From the NCBI GenBank assembly GCA_964106645.2, contig OZ067053.1: a stretch of DNA of 64,000 nt, one strand, 5' to 3'. This stretch comes from Podarcis pityusensis (lineage: Eukaryota). Position 1 is the stretch's first letter. The number at the start of each line of letters is the position of its first letter. This document shows, piece by piece, positions 26,003 to 38,908 of the stretch. A program made the translations under genes and the position numbers. The notes beneath the pieces were generated by a model. That model ran no database searches, had not been told where the DNA came from, and worked only from the letters and a program-made list of their open reading frames with translations.

Positions 26003-26659
26003 CTCTAGAAGACATCTGAAGGCAGCCCTGTTTAGGGAAGCTTTTAATGTTTGATGTATTACGGTATTTTAATATTTTGTTGGAAGCCGCCCAGAGTGGC
26101 GGGGTATAAATAATAAATTATCATTTTTATTATTATTATAGAACATCAAGCCTGCAGGCCGGGAGGGCTCTATCTAAGGCAAAATGGAGCCCACCTTAGC
26201 TAGCAGATGCAAGCTGGCTTGCTGGCTGGGGAGAGCTCTACTGCATGTTTGGAATGGAGCTCAGCCTCAGCCCCCAAGAGGGTAGATTTGCAAGGGTTGC
26301 CTCAGACCTGCCAATGAGGCAGCAGATCTGGGTTGCCAACTCATGAGGTAACCCATCAGCCTAAGCCTGATGGAAACTGTAGTCCAAAACATCTGAAGGA
26401 TGCCAGCCTGGAAAAGACTGCTCAATTGTTCTTTTAAAAAGCCAGTTTCTTAGAGCACAGGTGGGCAACCTGCATCCTCCTTTTATGCAATGCCCACCTC
26501 CAAAAAGTCCTCCTGAAACCATCCCATTCTCCTGTCCCATCGGAGTTCCTTCCTTCCTCTCTATTGTTCCTGGCTTCAAAAAAACTGCTCCCCACCTATT
26601 TTTCCTGGGTAGTTTCAGAACAAATGGAAGCAGAAAGCTCGTCACTTCGTTTTTCGTTA

Positions 26660-27320
26660 ACAGTAAACAAAATTGATGTATCTAGTTTTGAAGATATAAG
26701 ACAGTTAGTGACAGACTGGCTGCAACACCACCAAGGAAATGATGTCTTGAAAATAGATAAGAAAAATGGATTTAGTACAGAAATTTCAAGGTTTGAAAAG
26801 GAATTATTGGATTATAATGTGAAGTTACTTTCCAAAATGTATAAATTGTTGCTAGAGTGGCATACTAAGGACGAATAAGTTGAATCAGTAATAATAAAAT
26901 GGGCACAAGACACTGGGCACAATATTCAATTTTCATCTTGGGGAAAATAATGGAGGGAAGACTTAAAATTTACAGCGTGCTTTGCATTGAAGGAAAACTA
27001 CATGAAAATTATGTATTGGTGGTATTTAACACCTGTAAAACTAGCAAAAATGTATAGAACTGCTTCCAATGTTTGCTGGAAATATGTGGTGGACGTGCAA
27101 GATAACTAAAGCATTCTGGGAAATTATTTAAAATGAGCTGATTTTTTAAAAAAAAAATAAATAAATAGAAAATAAGATAAGCAGATGAAAAAGAAAGATT
27201 GATAATGGTAACCACGGAAGGGCGGAGGGAAGTCAAGGGATTCAGAGAATCCTAAATGAGGAGATGAATAATGTGTTTGAATTTTTGTTATGTAAAACTT
27301 AATAAAAATATTTTTTTAAA
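26660..27320 (+). mobile_element. L1-type LINE 3' fragment, decayed
   Basis: A-rich ORF2-like remnants (WYLTP-like, CWKY) ending in AATAAA plus an A/T tail; similar to 39690-40390. Confidence 0.6.
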
Positions 27321-27407
27321 ATGATGTATGTTTGTTTCTTTTACTTCCCATGGCTTCAAGGAAAGAATTTCCATCCCCTGAAATGTCTGAGAATCGAGAG
27401 CCTAGAT

Positions 27408-27543
27408 CAGGCATAGGCAAACTCAGCCCTCCAGATGTTTTGGGACTACAATTCCCACCATCCCTGACCACTGGTCCTGTTAGGTAGGGATCGTGGGAGT
27501 TGTAGTCCCAAAACATCTGGAGGGCTGAGTTTGCCTATGCCTG
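27408..27543. mobile_element. Palindromic hAT-Charlie-like MITE
   Basis: TIR CAGGCATAGGCAAACTCAGCCCTCCAG and its reverse complement; perfect 8-bp TSD GCCTAGAT. Confidence 0.88.
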
Positions 27544-28788
27544 GCCTAGATGAATACCAAGGAATAGAATCATAAATAGATTAGATCTGGCACTGGACCA
27601 AGCCTCCCCATGCTGGGCAATCCAGGATATCATCAGAGGAAATGACAGGAGGAGGAGGAGGAGGAGGAGGAGGAGGAGGAAGAGAGGAAGAGAGCAATTA
27701 TGGAGTCATTCCATTGGATGCTAGCCATTAGTGTGGACCTCTCAGCAGTTAAAGCAGGAAAAGTGTGGCATCTCTTTGGCAAACTAAGCTATGCACCTGT
27801 TTAGCCTGCCTGAGACAGCACTTCTTGTGTGCACTTGCTGCGCAAGGAGTGTCTCACACGCCTAACTGCTAAGCTTGTGCTCCTCATCCTAAGGAATATG
27901 GAAAACTGCCTTATACCGGGCCATGCTAGCTCAGTATTGCCCACTCTGATTGCCAGCAGATCTCCGGGCTCTGAATCAGGATCCTTTCCCTCACCTTACC
28001 CTTGGTAACTGACGATACCAGGGGCTTCCTCTGCTGCCAAAGCTACTCATCACCAACCACAGTTGCTGGATATAGGGGAGTGGGCCGAAGCACACTCTCT
28101 TGCCTTGCCCCACATGTCCAGCACAGGACATCCCCCCCCCCCCCCATTATTTGATAAAAGGAGCCTTCATCCTGTTGCTTCACAGGACCCTATTTGACAC
28201 ATGGGCAAAGCAGAGGCAGTTGTGGGAGCTGGTGTGTTGCACAAAAGCCATGAGGCACAGGAAAAGGGGACCATGGTGGAGACAAGGATGGAGATGGAGG
28301 CGGCGGTTTGAAGCAGGTGAATCATGGAGACAGGAGCCTATCGCCATGGAGGTGGCAGGGCTGTAACTAAGTGGCACACAGGAAGTCCCAAGTACAAGGC
28401 TCAGCATCACCACGCAGGGCTGAGAGTCCCCTGCCTGGTCAATGCACACAATTATGAAGCTAGGCGAACCAATGGGCTGACTCAGTTTTCTACCTGCCCC
28501 TGCTATACCTGACCTTGGGGGTGAGGAGATTAAAGGGTTGCTGGCATGTGGCGCCACCGGAACTCCCAGAAAGGGACTGTGAATATGGTTTGCTGGGAAT
28601 CCTATTTAGCCTGAGAAATAACCAACGTAGGAAATTTTGAAGCGCTTTGCAGATTCCTTGATGCGAAATTAAAAATTATGTGGATGCAAGGAGAGTGGCA
28701 AATCTGCATCCATCCCACGCCCCAGCCCAGCCCATCATAACAGCAAAACTTGTGTGCATTGTGAATGCCTTTCTGGTCAGCTTCGTAC

Positions 28789-28970
28789 CTGCCCTTGGCT
28801 TCTTCCATAGGCCTCAATCCTAGGCCTGCCTGCTGGCAGTGGAAATGACCCATGTCCTTCAAGTCTGGCAGAGTCTTGTTCCTTGTCGGGATCATGACGC
28901 CCTGGTGCGCCAGGAGGGCAAGCAGGTTTTGGGAGCTTGGGGTTTTGTTGAACTCAAAAGGAGGCATGAC
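28789..28970 (-). CDS. ULK1: ULK1 exon 20 equivalent
   Basis: 182 nt; VMPPFEFNKTPSSQNLLALLAHQGVMIPTRNKTLPDL... Confidence 0.93.
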
Positions 28971-29566
28971 CTATTTTTTTTTATTAAAAACAAAAAGTGG
29001 GGGAGGAGTGGAGAGAGGCGGTTCACTAGTGTTCAGTGAGAGAGTGTCACTGTTTGCACCATGGCTTATCTCTGCCGCTATTAATAAAAGCCCCCACCCA
29101 CTCCATACACACATAAACAGGCATTAAATGCAATCACAAACAGGGGCTGCATCTACTACCCCCACCATTTCATAACATTGCCCTCTACACGACCTCCTAA
29201 GATCAGTGGGCACCCAAACTTTTCCCCTCACACGCTTTAAAACTTGGGGATATATTTTCCTGCTTGTTGTGGCAACTGTCATGAGCTGCGCTAGATAACA
29301 CACGGTTTTAACTGCAGTTTTAATTGCGTCTTTTAGTTCTTATATTCCGTTACATTGCAATGCAATTTGAATTCCATGGAATATCATTTAAAATACAACA
29401 ATAGCAAAACAAATACAATAAATATGGGACAAAAAAGCGCTATTAAAAATAAACGTGACTGCTTAATATGCCTGCACCTGATGCTCATTTGCAAATCTCT
29501 GTCCTAGATTTACAGCTTTAGGAGACCACAAGCGAGAGCCCATTGAGGGCAGGGGGGAAACAATAC

Positions 29567-29829
29567 CTTTGTTGGAGAGCCCATTATGGTTGGCAAGGGG
29601 CTCCTCTGCATAAACTCAGAGAACTTTGGCGAGGACCTCAGTGGGCGGCAAGGTTGCAGGCCGTGTGTCTGTGCTGGCTGGCCAGCAGCGGCCTGGTTGA
29701 AATGGGGAACCAGAGGATCAGAGTACTGCTTTGTAATCTTCTGCCGGCAGGAATGCAAATCTGACAGGTTGGGAGCACTGTGGAGACGGGAGCCCATCCC
29801 TCGAGGGGAAGGGTCAGGCACTGAGGCAC
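29567..29829 (-). CDS. ULK1: ULK1 exon 19 equivalent
   Basis: 263 nt; RLHSAPNLSDLH (AMPK S555/556 motif)...PLPTIMGSPTK. Confidence 0.95.
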
Positions 29830-29934
29830 CTGGAGGGATGAGAGGGGAAGCAGGATGCCCAGAGTTACGCATCAGTAAGAAAGAATGGCAAGGGAAGGGC
29901 AGAATTCTCAAGATAGTGCCAAGGGCAAACCTAC

Positions 29935-30021
29935 CAGGTATGGGCACCCGACTTCTCATCTCTGTTCCAAAGGGAGGAGAAGGGAGAACGGTCTGGTCAG
30001 GCTGCTCTGGAATTGTTCCAA
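29935..30021 (-). CDS. ULK1: ULK1 exon 18 equivalent
   Basis: 87 nt; VGTIPEQPDQTVLPSPPFGTEMRSRVPIP. Confidence 0.9.
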
Positions 30022-30491
30022 CTGAAAAATTAAAAAGCACATCAATGCACTGACAGACAATAAATTGAATGCTCCCTATAGCAAACATTTCGTTTAGATT
30101 ACTTATAGCAAGATTGCTGTTGTTTTTTAAATCAAATTGGGGCACCGCTATACCAGTCAAACTTCTGGAAACCGACATAGGAAACAATGAGGTTTTGTCA
30201 AGATACAATTAGTCAAAGGTTCATAAGCTCGCTTAGGTTATAAGTGCTTTCAGATGTTCGAAGCAAACAGTAAAGCTGGTTTATATCAAGTCAAATCATT
30301 GGGACATCTAATTAGAAACCTCGCACTCTTGGTTTCTTTTTGAAAGGAATAAAAGATTTATTTCTTCCAGCAAGCTTTCAGTTGAAGACTTCTTACACCT
30401 GTTTAGTTTGATTATGGAACTTTGAAATTGCTGCATTTTGTGTTATTTTTATCTCTTTATATTTCACAGCAAACAACTCAGTAACTGGAAA

Positions 30492-30530
<39 letters not shown>

Positions 30531-30979
30531 TAGTAAAAACAAAAGTATAGGAGCTGAGGCCCTCCACTTGTGTTGGACTCCAACTCCCATCAGCCCCAGT
30601 CAGTGATGATGGAGTCCTGCAATACACAGACCCCACCCCTACCCCACAACCCCGGGATAAATAAACATATATAATAGCTCAGCATAGCTGCTGTGATGGC
30701 TTATTCTTTTCCTGAGCTCTCCTCCTGAGATCCTTTTAACTGAGATGCTAGGAATTGAATTTTGGACCCTCAACATGGAGAGCATTGTGGTACCTCTCAC
30801 TGGCAATCCCTCCCTTAAACCATTGTCATTTTCAAACGGTTCCCTCTCAGTCCTGGGGAGGAACAGGCACATTTGGGACCAAATATAGCTAGGACACTTC
30901 CAGACCAGAGTCACTGCTCTAATTATGCTACTATATCTGCATTCACCCACAAAATGCTGGTTGGAATTAAGGAAAGTGT

Positions 30980-31022
<43 letters not shown>

Positions 31023-31067
31023 TGCTGAGGTTTCTAGAATCTGGAATAAGCAAACCCAATAATTTAC

Positions 31068-31225
31068 CTTGTGGGGATGGCGTGTAAGGCTTAGCACCCC
31101 CAAAGGAGAACCTTCTGGAGGTTGGGACAGCTCCATGCTCCCCAGCAGCAAAAGGAGGGGAAGGGCTGGCCTTCATGAAACCAAGTGGGCTGTTGCTGCT
31201 GCTTGATCTTCTGACTGTTCCGGAC
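31068..31225 (-). CDS. ULK1: ULK1 exon 17 equivalent
   Basis: 158 nt; SGTVRRSSSSNSPLGFMKASPSPP...KPYTPSPQ. Confidence 0.93.
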
Positions 31226-31523
31226 CTAATGGGAAAGGATTTGATCTCTTATTATTCCATGGGGAACGTAGTAGGCAGACAAGATTTTATGAAAAGCAAA
31301 TAGCGAACAAGCTCAGAAGCATAGGAAGGTACAGAGTCAGGCCAATAGTTCACCCATCTAGCTCACTCATTTCTGTACTGACTGGCATCAGCTCTCCTGG
31401 GCTTCAGGCAGGGGACATTACCTAGAGATGCCAGGGACTGAACCTGAGATTTTTTTCATGATTGGATGCATGCCTCCATGGCCGGAAACAGTAAAGCTTC
31501 CTTCCGCCTTAAGGAAGAGGTGG

Positions 31524-32281
31524 TGTTGCGGGCTCTCACCCCCCCCCCCCAGGTGTGCAGGGGGTGGGTAGCCAGCCCTGTGTGGCTGGGGGATTCCCGG
31601 CTGCATCACTGGCCAGGCTGACCAATCCAGTTGCTCCGGGGGTGTGGCCTGCCCATTAAAGGCAGGACGCAGCCGGAAGATCTCTCTCTTTCCTGCTTCC
31701 AGCTGCTCCGGTTTTCCCACCCTCCCGCCCTTTAAGGTATTCATCTCTTTTGACCTTGCTATGGACTTCGGTTGGTTGCTGTTGAGGGGCCTGGTAGGAA
31801 TTTTTCCACTTGGCAAATTGGTACCAGGCACTTGGTTTTCACCTACCTCATAGCAAATTGTCACAACTTTTAAGGTTTGGCGGTTAGGCATTGGAATATT
31901 TCTGGAGAAGAGAAGAGGGGAGGTAGCGCCATCACCTCCCCCGCATATTGAAGGGTATTCCGTGGATTCCAGAGGGTGTGGCCCTGTCCGAAGCCTAGGG
32001 AGGCTAGGGCCTAAGGCACGACCCCTATCGGTGACCCCCAGGGGAGCTCCTAGTTGATGTGCATCAGCAGGACTTTCCTTACTGGTGGTTAACCCTTCCC
32101 GGACTCCTTGCAGATGGGCTGGAGTCAGATATAGTTGGTTAGATCTAATGCCTAAGCCAATACCGCTCATCATCTGTAACAAATAAAGTTGTGGCCTTTT
32201 TAGCCCATTAACCTTAAATATTTGAGTCATGTGTCTTTATTCTACTAAGGGGGGAGGGGGTTGGGACCTTGCCACGCAACT
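31524..32281 (+). mobile_element. Probable solo LTR
   Basis: Begins TGTTGCG and ends CGCAAC(T); AATAAA at 32182; no TSD found. Confidence 0.5.
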
Positions 32282-33477
32282 TTTCTAATGCTGTAAATCA
32301 CCTTGGGATTGTCAGATGAAGGGCGGTATAATTAATAATATTAATAATAGTAATATGCAAAGCATGTGCTCTACCTCTGAGTCTTGCCCCTACACTATCA
32401 TATCAATAACATCCACAAGTCAATGGGAAAAATGGGCCTGAGACCCATTGAACCTGCAACACTAAAAAGCGGTGCGACCAATGACAGAGGTGCAAGAGAG
32501 GCTTTAAAAAGGGGGAAAGGGAGACATTTGCAGCAGAGACAAGAAATGCCACCTTGGTTCTTTATTTCCAGATGAAAGACAGTCACTGAAATATTGTAAC
32601 ACTCGTGTGATACCAGACTTCGCGGCTGCTCAGCATGAGATGATTTTCATAAAGGCCGGTGTGCAGGACCTAAGATGGAACTGACAGGAGGGATTCTGTG
32701 GCAACAGCAGCGGCCTGACTGGAGAAGAATCAGGGTGAAGCCCTCTGAGCTGATGTCTCAGAAAAGGATACCAGGAAGAACAATCCAAAGGATGTTGTTC
32801 GCAACAGGTTTATCTTTTGGTTTGTTTGTTTACATTTTATTGATAGCTTTTGCTCTAGATCCTTCAGGGAACAACATGAACCTAAGTTGTTTTTCCAAGT
32901 CCTTCACTCTTTAACAGCTGCAGCGGGAACACAACCGCAGCAAAAGAACAGAACAGAAAGATTCTCAGAGCACAAAAGCATCACGCTGCTGGCAGCCTCT
33001 GTGGTTGCACTGAGAAGGCAGACCACAGCCTCAGAAAGCTGCTGTTCAAATGCAGCTAGCACATTGCGGTCCCTTTGGCGATTCGGGCTCAGACTGATGT
33101 GCATTGTCTCCACCCAACTCCATTGGCAACTTGGATAGCAGCATCACACCGGCAGGGGCCATCAAGAGCCTGTTGGCTGGCAACGGACTGGGGTCTAACT
33201 GCTTGACACCTCTTCTAAGGAGAAGACCATTGTCCAGAGCTCAGAGGCTGAACCAGAAAGCAGGGGAGGAATCCACACAGCAAGGAAGTGCACAGACAGG
33301 TACACGAGAATCAGAGGGGCATGAAGGGGAGGTTGATTGACCACAGGTGGCAATCGATGCCAGGCACTGGTGGCTTGCAGCACAGGAACATGCGCAGTGG
33401 TTTCCCTGACCTACGTCGTGGCACCGACACCAGCACTGCAGCAGCTGCCAAAGACTGCGTGGAATGTGAGGGCTGAC

Positions 33478-34425
33478 ATGGAAAACACAGAGATGGTAAG
33501 AAGATAAAAGTCCCTACCAGAGAAGAATGGCAGATCAAATTGATGGGATTATGCTAAAATGACCGGAAGAATCAGAAATCAGGAAGACCAAAACTTTAAT
33601 AAGGAATGGGGAAATTTTATAACCTATCTTAAAAACCATTGTAAACAGTTAAAATCATTAGTAGGATTGGAATATCACTTATAGTTGGACGCAATGGAGA
33701 TGTAAAAGATTGGGATTACAGTGGTGCCCCGCAAGACGAATGCCTCGCAAGACGGAAAACCCGCTAGACGAAAGGGTTTTCCGTTTTGGAGGTGCTTCGC
33801 AAAACGAATTTCCTATGTGCTTGCTTCGCAAGACGAAAATGTCTTGCGAGTTCCTGCGGGGTTTTTTTCCTTTCCCCCCCTTTTTCCCAAGCTGCTAAAC
33901 CGCTTATCAGCTGATGGCTAAGCGGCTTATCAGCTGGTCTTTAAGCCGCTTAATAGCTGATGCTAAGCCGCTTATCAGCTGATCTTTAAGCCGCTTAACA
34001 GCTGATGCTAAGCCGCTTATCAGCTGATCGTTAAGCCGCTTAACAGCTGATGCTAAGCCGCTTAACAGCTGATCTTTAAGCCGCTTATCAGCTGATCTTT
34101 AAGCCGCTTAACAGCTGATGCTAAGCCGCTTATCAGCTGATCGTTAAGCCGCTTATCAGCTGATCTTTAAGCCGGCTAAGCTAAACCTCTAATGGGCTTG
34201 CTTCGCAAGACGAAAAAACCCGCAAGACGAAGAGACTCGCGGAACGGATTCTTTTCGTCTTGCGAGGCACCACTGTATCATAAAAGATGCAGGAGGAAAT
34301 GATTAACAATAGGACCCACAAAGGGCAGGAGGGAAATCCTAGAGATTCCTTGGAATCTTGTTTTTTATGTTGTATGTTCAATATGTGACTGTAAAGCTTT
34401 AATCTGAAAAACCAAATAAATAAAG
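33478..34425 (+). mobile_element. L1-type LINE 3' fragment, interrupted by a MITE
   Basis: KVPTREEWQIKL and KEWGNFITYL remnants resemble 39865-40191; ends in AATAAATAAA. Confidence 0.6.
33719..34275. mobile_element. Tc1/mariner-type MITE with an internal minisatellite
   Basis: Same TIRs as 6972-7294, TA flanks; 22-23 bp tandem units at ~33897-34180. Confidence 0.88.
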
Positions 34426-37400
34426 GTGTGGAAAAACAACAACACAGGAAATAAAGGACAGGTTAGGCAATCAAAAGATCTATGTTGTAGAACAAGGTTT
34501 CTTAAAAAGACACCTGAACAGACATTTTCAGACTGTACTGGCTGAGGCTAATAAATAAAAAGAATTCAGGAGGGCAACAGGTTGGAGGAGACTACACCAG
34601 TGACTCTTCCTATTTAAGGGGTCCATTGCTTCCCTGACCTAGAAGAACTATAAAGGTTTCCAGGAATCTGCCTGGGCATGTTTCAGTTCTGGCTGCTGGT
34701 TCCAAGGCTTAATTTCTTGCTTCACCTCCTCTCCCCTGAGCAAGACCCAGTGCTGACCGTGATACTAGCGGGCAGGCACACGCTGTGGAAAGTCTGAAGA
34801 GAAACTCACCTCTTCAAATGACTGCACCCTTGAGGAGCCTTGCTTTCTCCTTTGCTTCCAATTATCAGTGGGAACTTAGCCCCCAAATAATTCAGTTCCA
34901 CTCTTTTAGAGAGGCTGTATTTCTCGTATGACTCGCCCATCCCCACTTGTTCGTGTTTCGGGAGAACCATGGAGGAGGAAATGAAGCCTGGAATCCCGGA
35001 GCACTGCTGCTAGAACAGCGAGTGTGAGAGCCGAGCAATTTCATAGAGGAGGAAGATCCACCCGCACAGGATGGAAGGAGTCAGTCACACAGCCTGGGGC
35101 CATACATCCGGTGGAACTTGACTGCTCCCCAGCTGAAGTTCCAAGCCACAGGCATGGATTGCTCATGCGGCAACTGGATCATGTGACTGCGGCAGAGAGG
35201 CCTAAGACGCACGGCTGAGATGCCTTACTAAGCACATAAGCAAATGTAAATAAACACATACATTAAAGAAAGGAGCACTCTGGCAGGGCCGATATCGCGC
35301 AATAATTACAGCCGCAGCGTTCAGGCAACTAATCCAGCCTTGTAAATAGGCTCATAAAAGTTACTAGCCTACGGAAAGTTTCACTTGACTACTGTTGGCA
35401 GAAGGTGAACAGGACAGAAACACAAGATGAGCCAAATCACTTTGATCAGGGGGGTGGGTAAGTGGGTGCCCCTCCAGGTGCATTTGGACTACAACTCCCA
35501 GCATCCTTTACGGTTGTGACCAGGCAAGCTGGGGTTGATGGAAGCTGGAGTCCAGTAACATCGGGAAAGCCAGATGATCCTCACCCCTGACTGAGTTTAA
35601 AATAAACATAAAGCCTTTTGATGGACTAGGAAAGTGCCACTGTTCCATCAGGAAGTCATATCTATAACTTTTCCAATGCACAGATGCAAATTTAAAAAAA
35701 ATGCAAACGACAAACAAGAGTCTGAAAACAAGTATTTGTGCCTCACTTCGACCTCTCTTTTATCCACCACACACACACACGGGAGGGAAGGCTTCTCTTA
35801 AGAATGCACCTACGGTGACACACGTATTCAACTTCTGAAATCCCCCAAGAAAGTATGCTTTGTTCCCCTTCAGAAATATTGCCACATTAACATGCAAATT
35901 CCAAGGAATTTAACTTGGCTATTAAATTAACCAACAAGTTGTTCTGAGTAAGCATTGCTCCATGGTTGTTACTCTGCAATAAGATTGTTTAGGATTGCAT
36001 CCCAAATCCAATATGGTTCATTGAATGATATCTAGGGGTTGCCATACGTCCGGATCTTCCTGGACATTGCCGGGATTTCAAAGGCAAAATATCCGAAAGG
36101 CGGTGGGATCTTAGACAAGTCAAAATTGAAAAAAGAAGCTCAACAACTTTGATAAAAGAACCATGTTAAACGGCGCAACGCAGAGTAAAACCAACTTTAA
36201 AAAGAAGTCCCTGCCTCAAGGATCTCCCAATCCAATTTTTGGCAGGGTAGGTAGCTAAGTAGCCCAAGCTTTGAACCTGGGACCTTGTGCATGCCATCTT
36301 TCGCATCTCTAGCTAGGGCTCAAAAAAACCACTGCTTGCAAAACCCTGGAGAGCCACTGCCACTCAGTCTGTAGCAGACTCCAAGTCTGTCTTTGGTATA
36401 AGACAACTTCCTTTGACGACAATGGAGAAAGAGGAGTGAAGATAACAGAAACAGAGACGTCAGGAATAGAAGAGACAGAGGATGAAGGAAGTATGCAAAC
36501 AAATGCAGTATAATACTTAAGGCTCCCCTTCCGTATGCAACTCACCTGGCAGGATTGTACCGTAAGGCTCATTTTGCATGAGGAGGAAGAGGACTGAGAA
36601 ACAAAGTTTGAAGCATCAAGGGGGAAAACAAGGGAAACAAACAGTTTTCCCCCTTCAGACTCCCTTTCCTCTCCCTGTTGTCTCCTCTGTATCAAATTTT
36701 AGTTTGCACTTTCCTCACAGCAGGACTATTTATTGTTAATCTAACATGTTATGCATATTGAAAAAAAAGGAAAGGCATAGATGTTCAGGGATGGAGTTTT
36801 GAGCTCAAGGAACGGCAATGAACAAAGTGCAGAGTCATTTACAAGAGTGGACCATTAGCTGGCCAAATGTCCTCAATCAACTAGAACAAAAAGCCTATCA
36901 AAATGCCCATGTTTGTATTGCACACATTTTTAGCCTTTTAGTGCATCAATGCTCTGAAGGCAGGATGCAACCGATTAGTACACTATAATATGAAAATCCC
37001 AAACAAACAGTTCTTAAAAACAAAGCCAACATAAAGTAACCCAAATTCAAGCTGATATAAAAAGATCTTCAAGGCTTTCCTGAAGACCAACCTGGGTCAC
37101 CACAGAAAAGGCTCTGACCTGGTACATACCAACCTGAGAGCTTTCACTGAGGTGAGAGAGAGAGTAGCCTTGAGAGCATGTTTATAGTCATTTACTAAAA
37201 AGTTCTTTTGTGACATAGCACCAAAATATGATCCCACAGATGAGGAAATGGCAAGACAGGTTCCCAAGGCGTCCCTAATCTGCGTGTAAATTATTTCAGA
37301 GCAAGACCATTTCTTAATCCCAGTGAGATCATAATGAGCCTTCAGACAAGCTTGTGAAAAGGATGTCGGAGACAGGCTAATTGCATGCCACCAGACGTAT

Positions 37401-37627
37401 GCAATTCTGCAACCTGCCGCCTGGTGCTCCTCCTTCATTTCCATGGGGCATACCAGACATTCTCTAGACTGCACCCAGGTGTTCTCTAGATTGCTCATGA
37501 ACAACCCTCAGGGTTGCTACCTTTCGACACTGATTGATGCCGAGTCAATTATACCAAAGAACATTGGCAGCGAGACAAGAATACAGCCTCCTGGACATCT
37601 CAGCACTATCAAAGCCTCAGTACTCAC

Positions 37628-37756
37628 CGCGGGGAAGTGTATTGATTAGGAGACTGAAGGTTCTGCTCAATCCGCCGGTAGTTGTGGATCTGTGTGGGGA
37701 CTGGGATGGGGACCGACTGCCCATGCTTGCTGCCTGATGAAAACTGCCCAGGCCGG
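37628..37756 (-). CDS. ULK1: ULK1 exon 16 equivalent
   Basis: 129 nt; RPGQFSSGSKHGQSVPIPVPTQIHNYRRIEQNLQSPNQYTSP. Confidence 0.95.
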
Positions 37757-38818
37757 CTGCAGAACAAAAAGCACAGAGCACTTTTAGGGGAGGACGGGTA
37801 CTTGGAAAAGTGGAAGGGTCTGTTGAGAGGAGGAAACAGTAGGAAATGGGTGGTAGGAGCCTGGGAGCAGTGGAGAATTGGATCACAGAAATGTTTACGG
37901 CTGTGGAGCAGGGGAGCTGGGAACTGTTTTAGCAAACAAAACACCGGCTGCAGGTTTTGGACAGGGAAGATACGTTCAGTGGGCTTCTCACTCCTTCCTT
38001 GATACAGACACCAATTGCCCTCTCTTCTCCTTGATGCAAGTGGAGAATGCTGCCTCGCTGCTTGCATGCTCAGAGAGGGCACCGAAGGAGGCAACAGCAG
38101 CCAGGAGGCTCTGGGTGGTGGCCCTGCAGGCTGCAGCTCAATGGTAGAGCACCTGTTCCGTGTGCAGAAGAAGGTCCCATTGAGCTCAATAGATCAACAG
38201 TCTGACTCCGTATAAGGCAGCTTCCTAGGTTCCTAACTTACCGGGGGTTGTGGGCCTTGTCAAATGCCCACCAATACTGACCCCAATGCTGGACCTGGGA
38301 GAACGAAGTTATACTGGAGAACAGTATGGTAACTGACACAGTGGGATTGCTGTTTGGGCCCAGAGAGGGAGAAGGAAAGCTGGCAACTGGAGGGTGTGGT
38401 GGTGCCAGTGAAGGGATTTTGGTAGGCAAGTTGTAGAAAGTGGTGCATTAGGACTGCCAACGTTTTTTGAAGGAACCCACTGTTCCCCCAAATCAAAATA
38501 TGAGGTCTCCTCCACCCAACCCTAGGGAAAAAGTGGCTTCTGCTAGGTTTGGCTTTCCAGCTCGTTTCTGTTCAGTGCCCTCTCTCCACCCCTATAAGTG
38601 TATAGAAGCAGCAGTAAGCTCAACAACCCTGGTTGCTCTTTGCTGCTGGTAGGGGAATTCAATTCTCCCTTTCCTCCAGTAGCAAAAGCTCCATGAAAGT
38701 ATAGCAAAGCCCCAGAGATATTCCATGAGAGTTAAATCAAATCTGCACACACAGTCACACACTCCTCTTTTGGGGGGGGATGAGGAGTGCCAACGCTCTC
38801 ATCCGATTTTCCTCTTAC

Positions 38819-38908
38819 CCTGATGGGCTCGGAGAGCTGCTGTAAGGAGGGGAAGGAGATGGGGTTCTTCCTTGGCTTTCCAAGCCTGCTGAAGCCACCA
38901 GGGAACTC
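38819..38908 (-). CDS. ULK1: ULK1 exon 15 equivalent
   Basis: 90 nt; SSLVASAGLESQGRTPSPSPPYSSSPSPS. Confidence 0.95.

Noticed and set aside
31418-32230. 270-aa minus-strand ORF
   Set aside because: Antisense to a probable LTR; no recognisable domain or matching splice context.
33897-34180. CRISPR-like array
   Set aside because: Vertebrate DNA; the repeats are tandem with no unique spacers.
38242-38294. 53-nt exon-like segment with GTAAGT donor in ULK1 intron 15
   Set aside because: Frameshifting and without homology; the longer version (to 38479) contains a stop. Splice-like signals are the only support.
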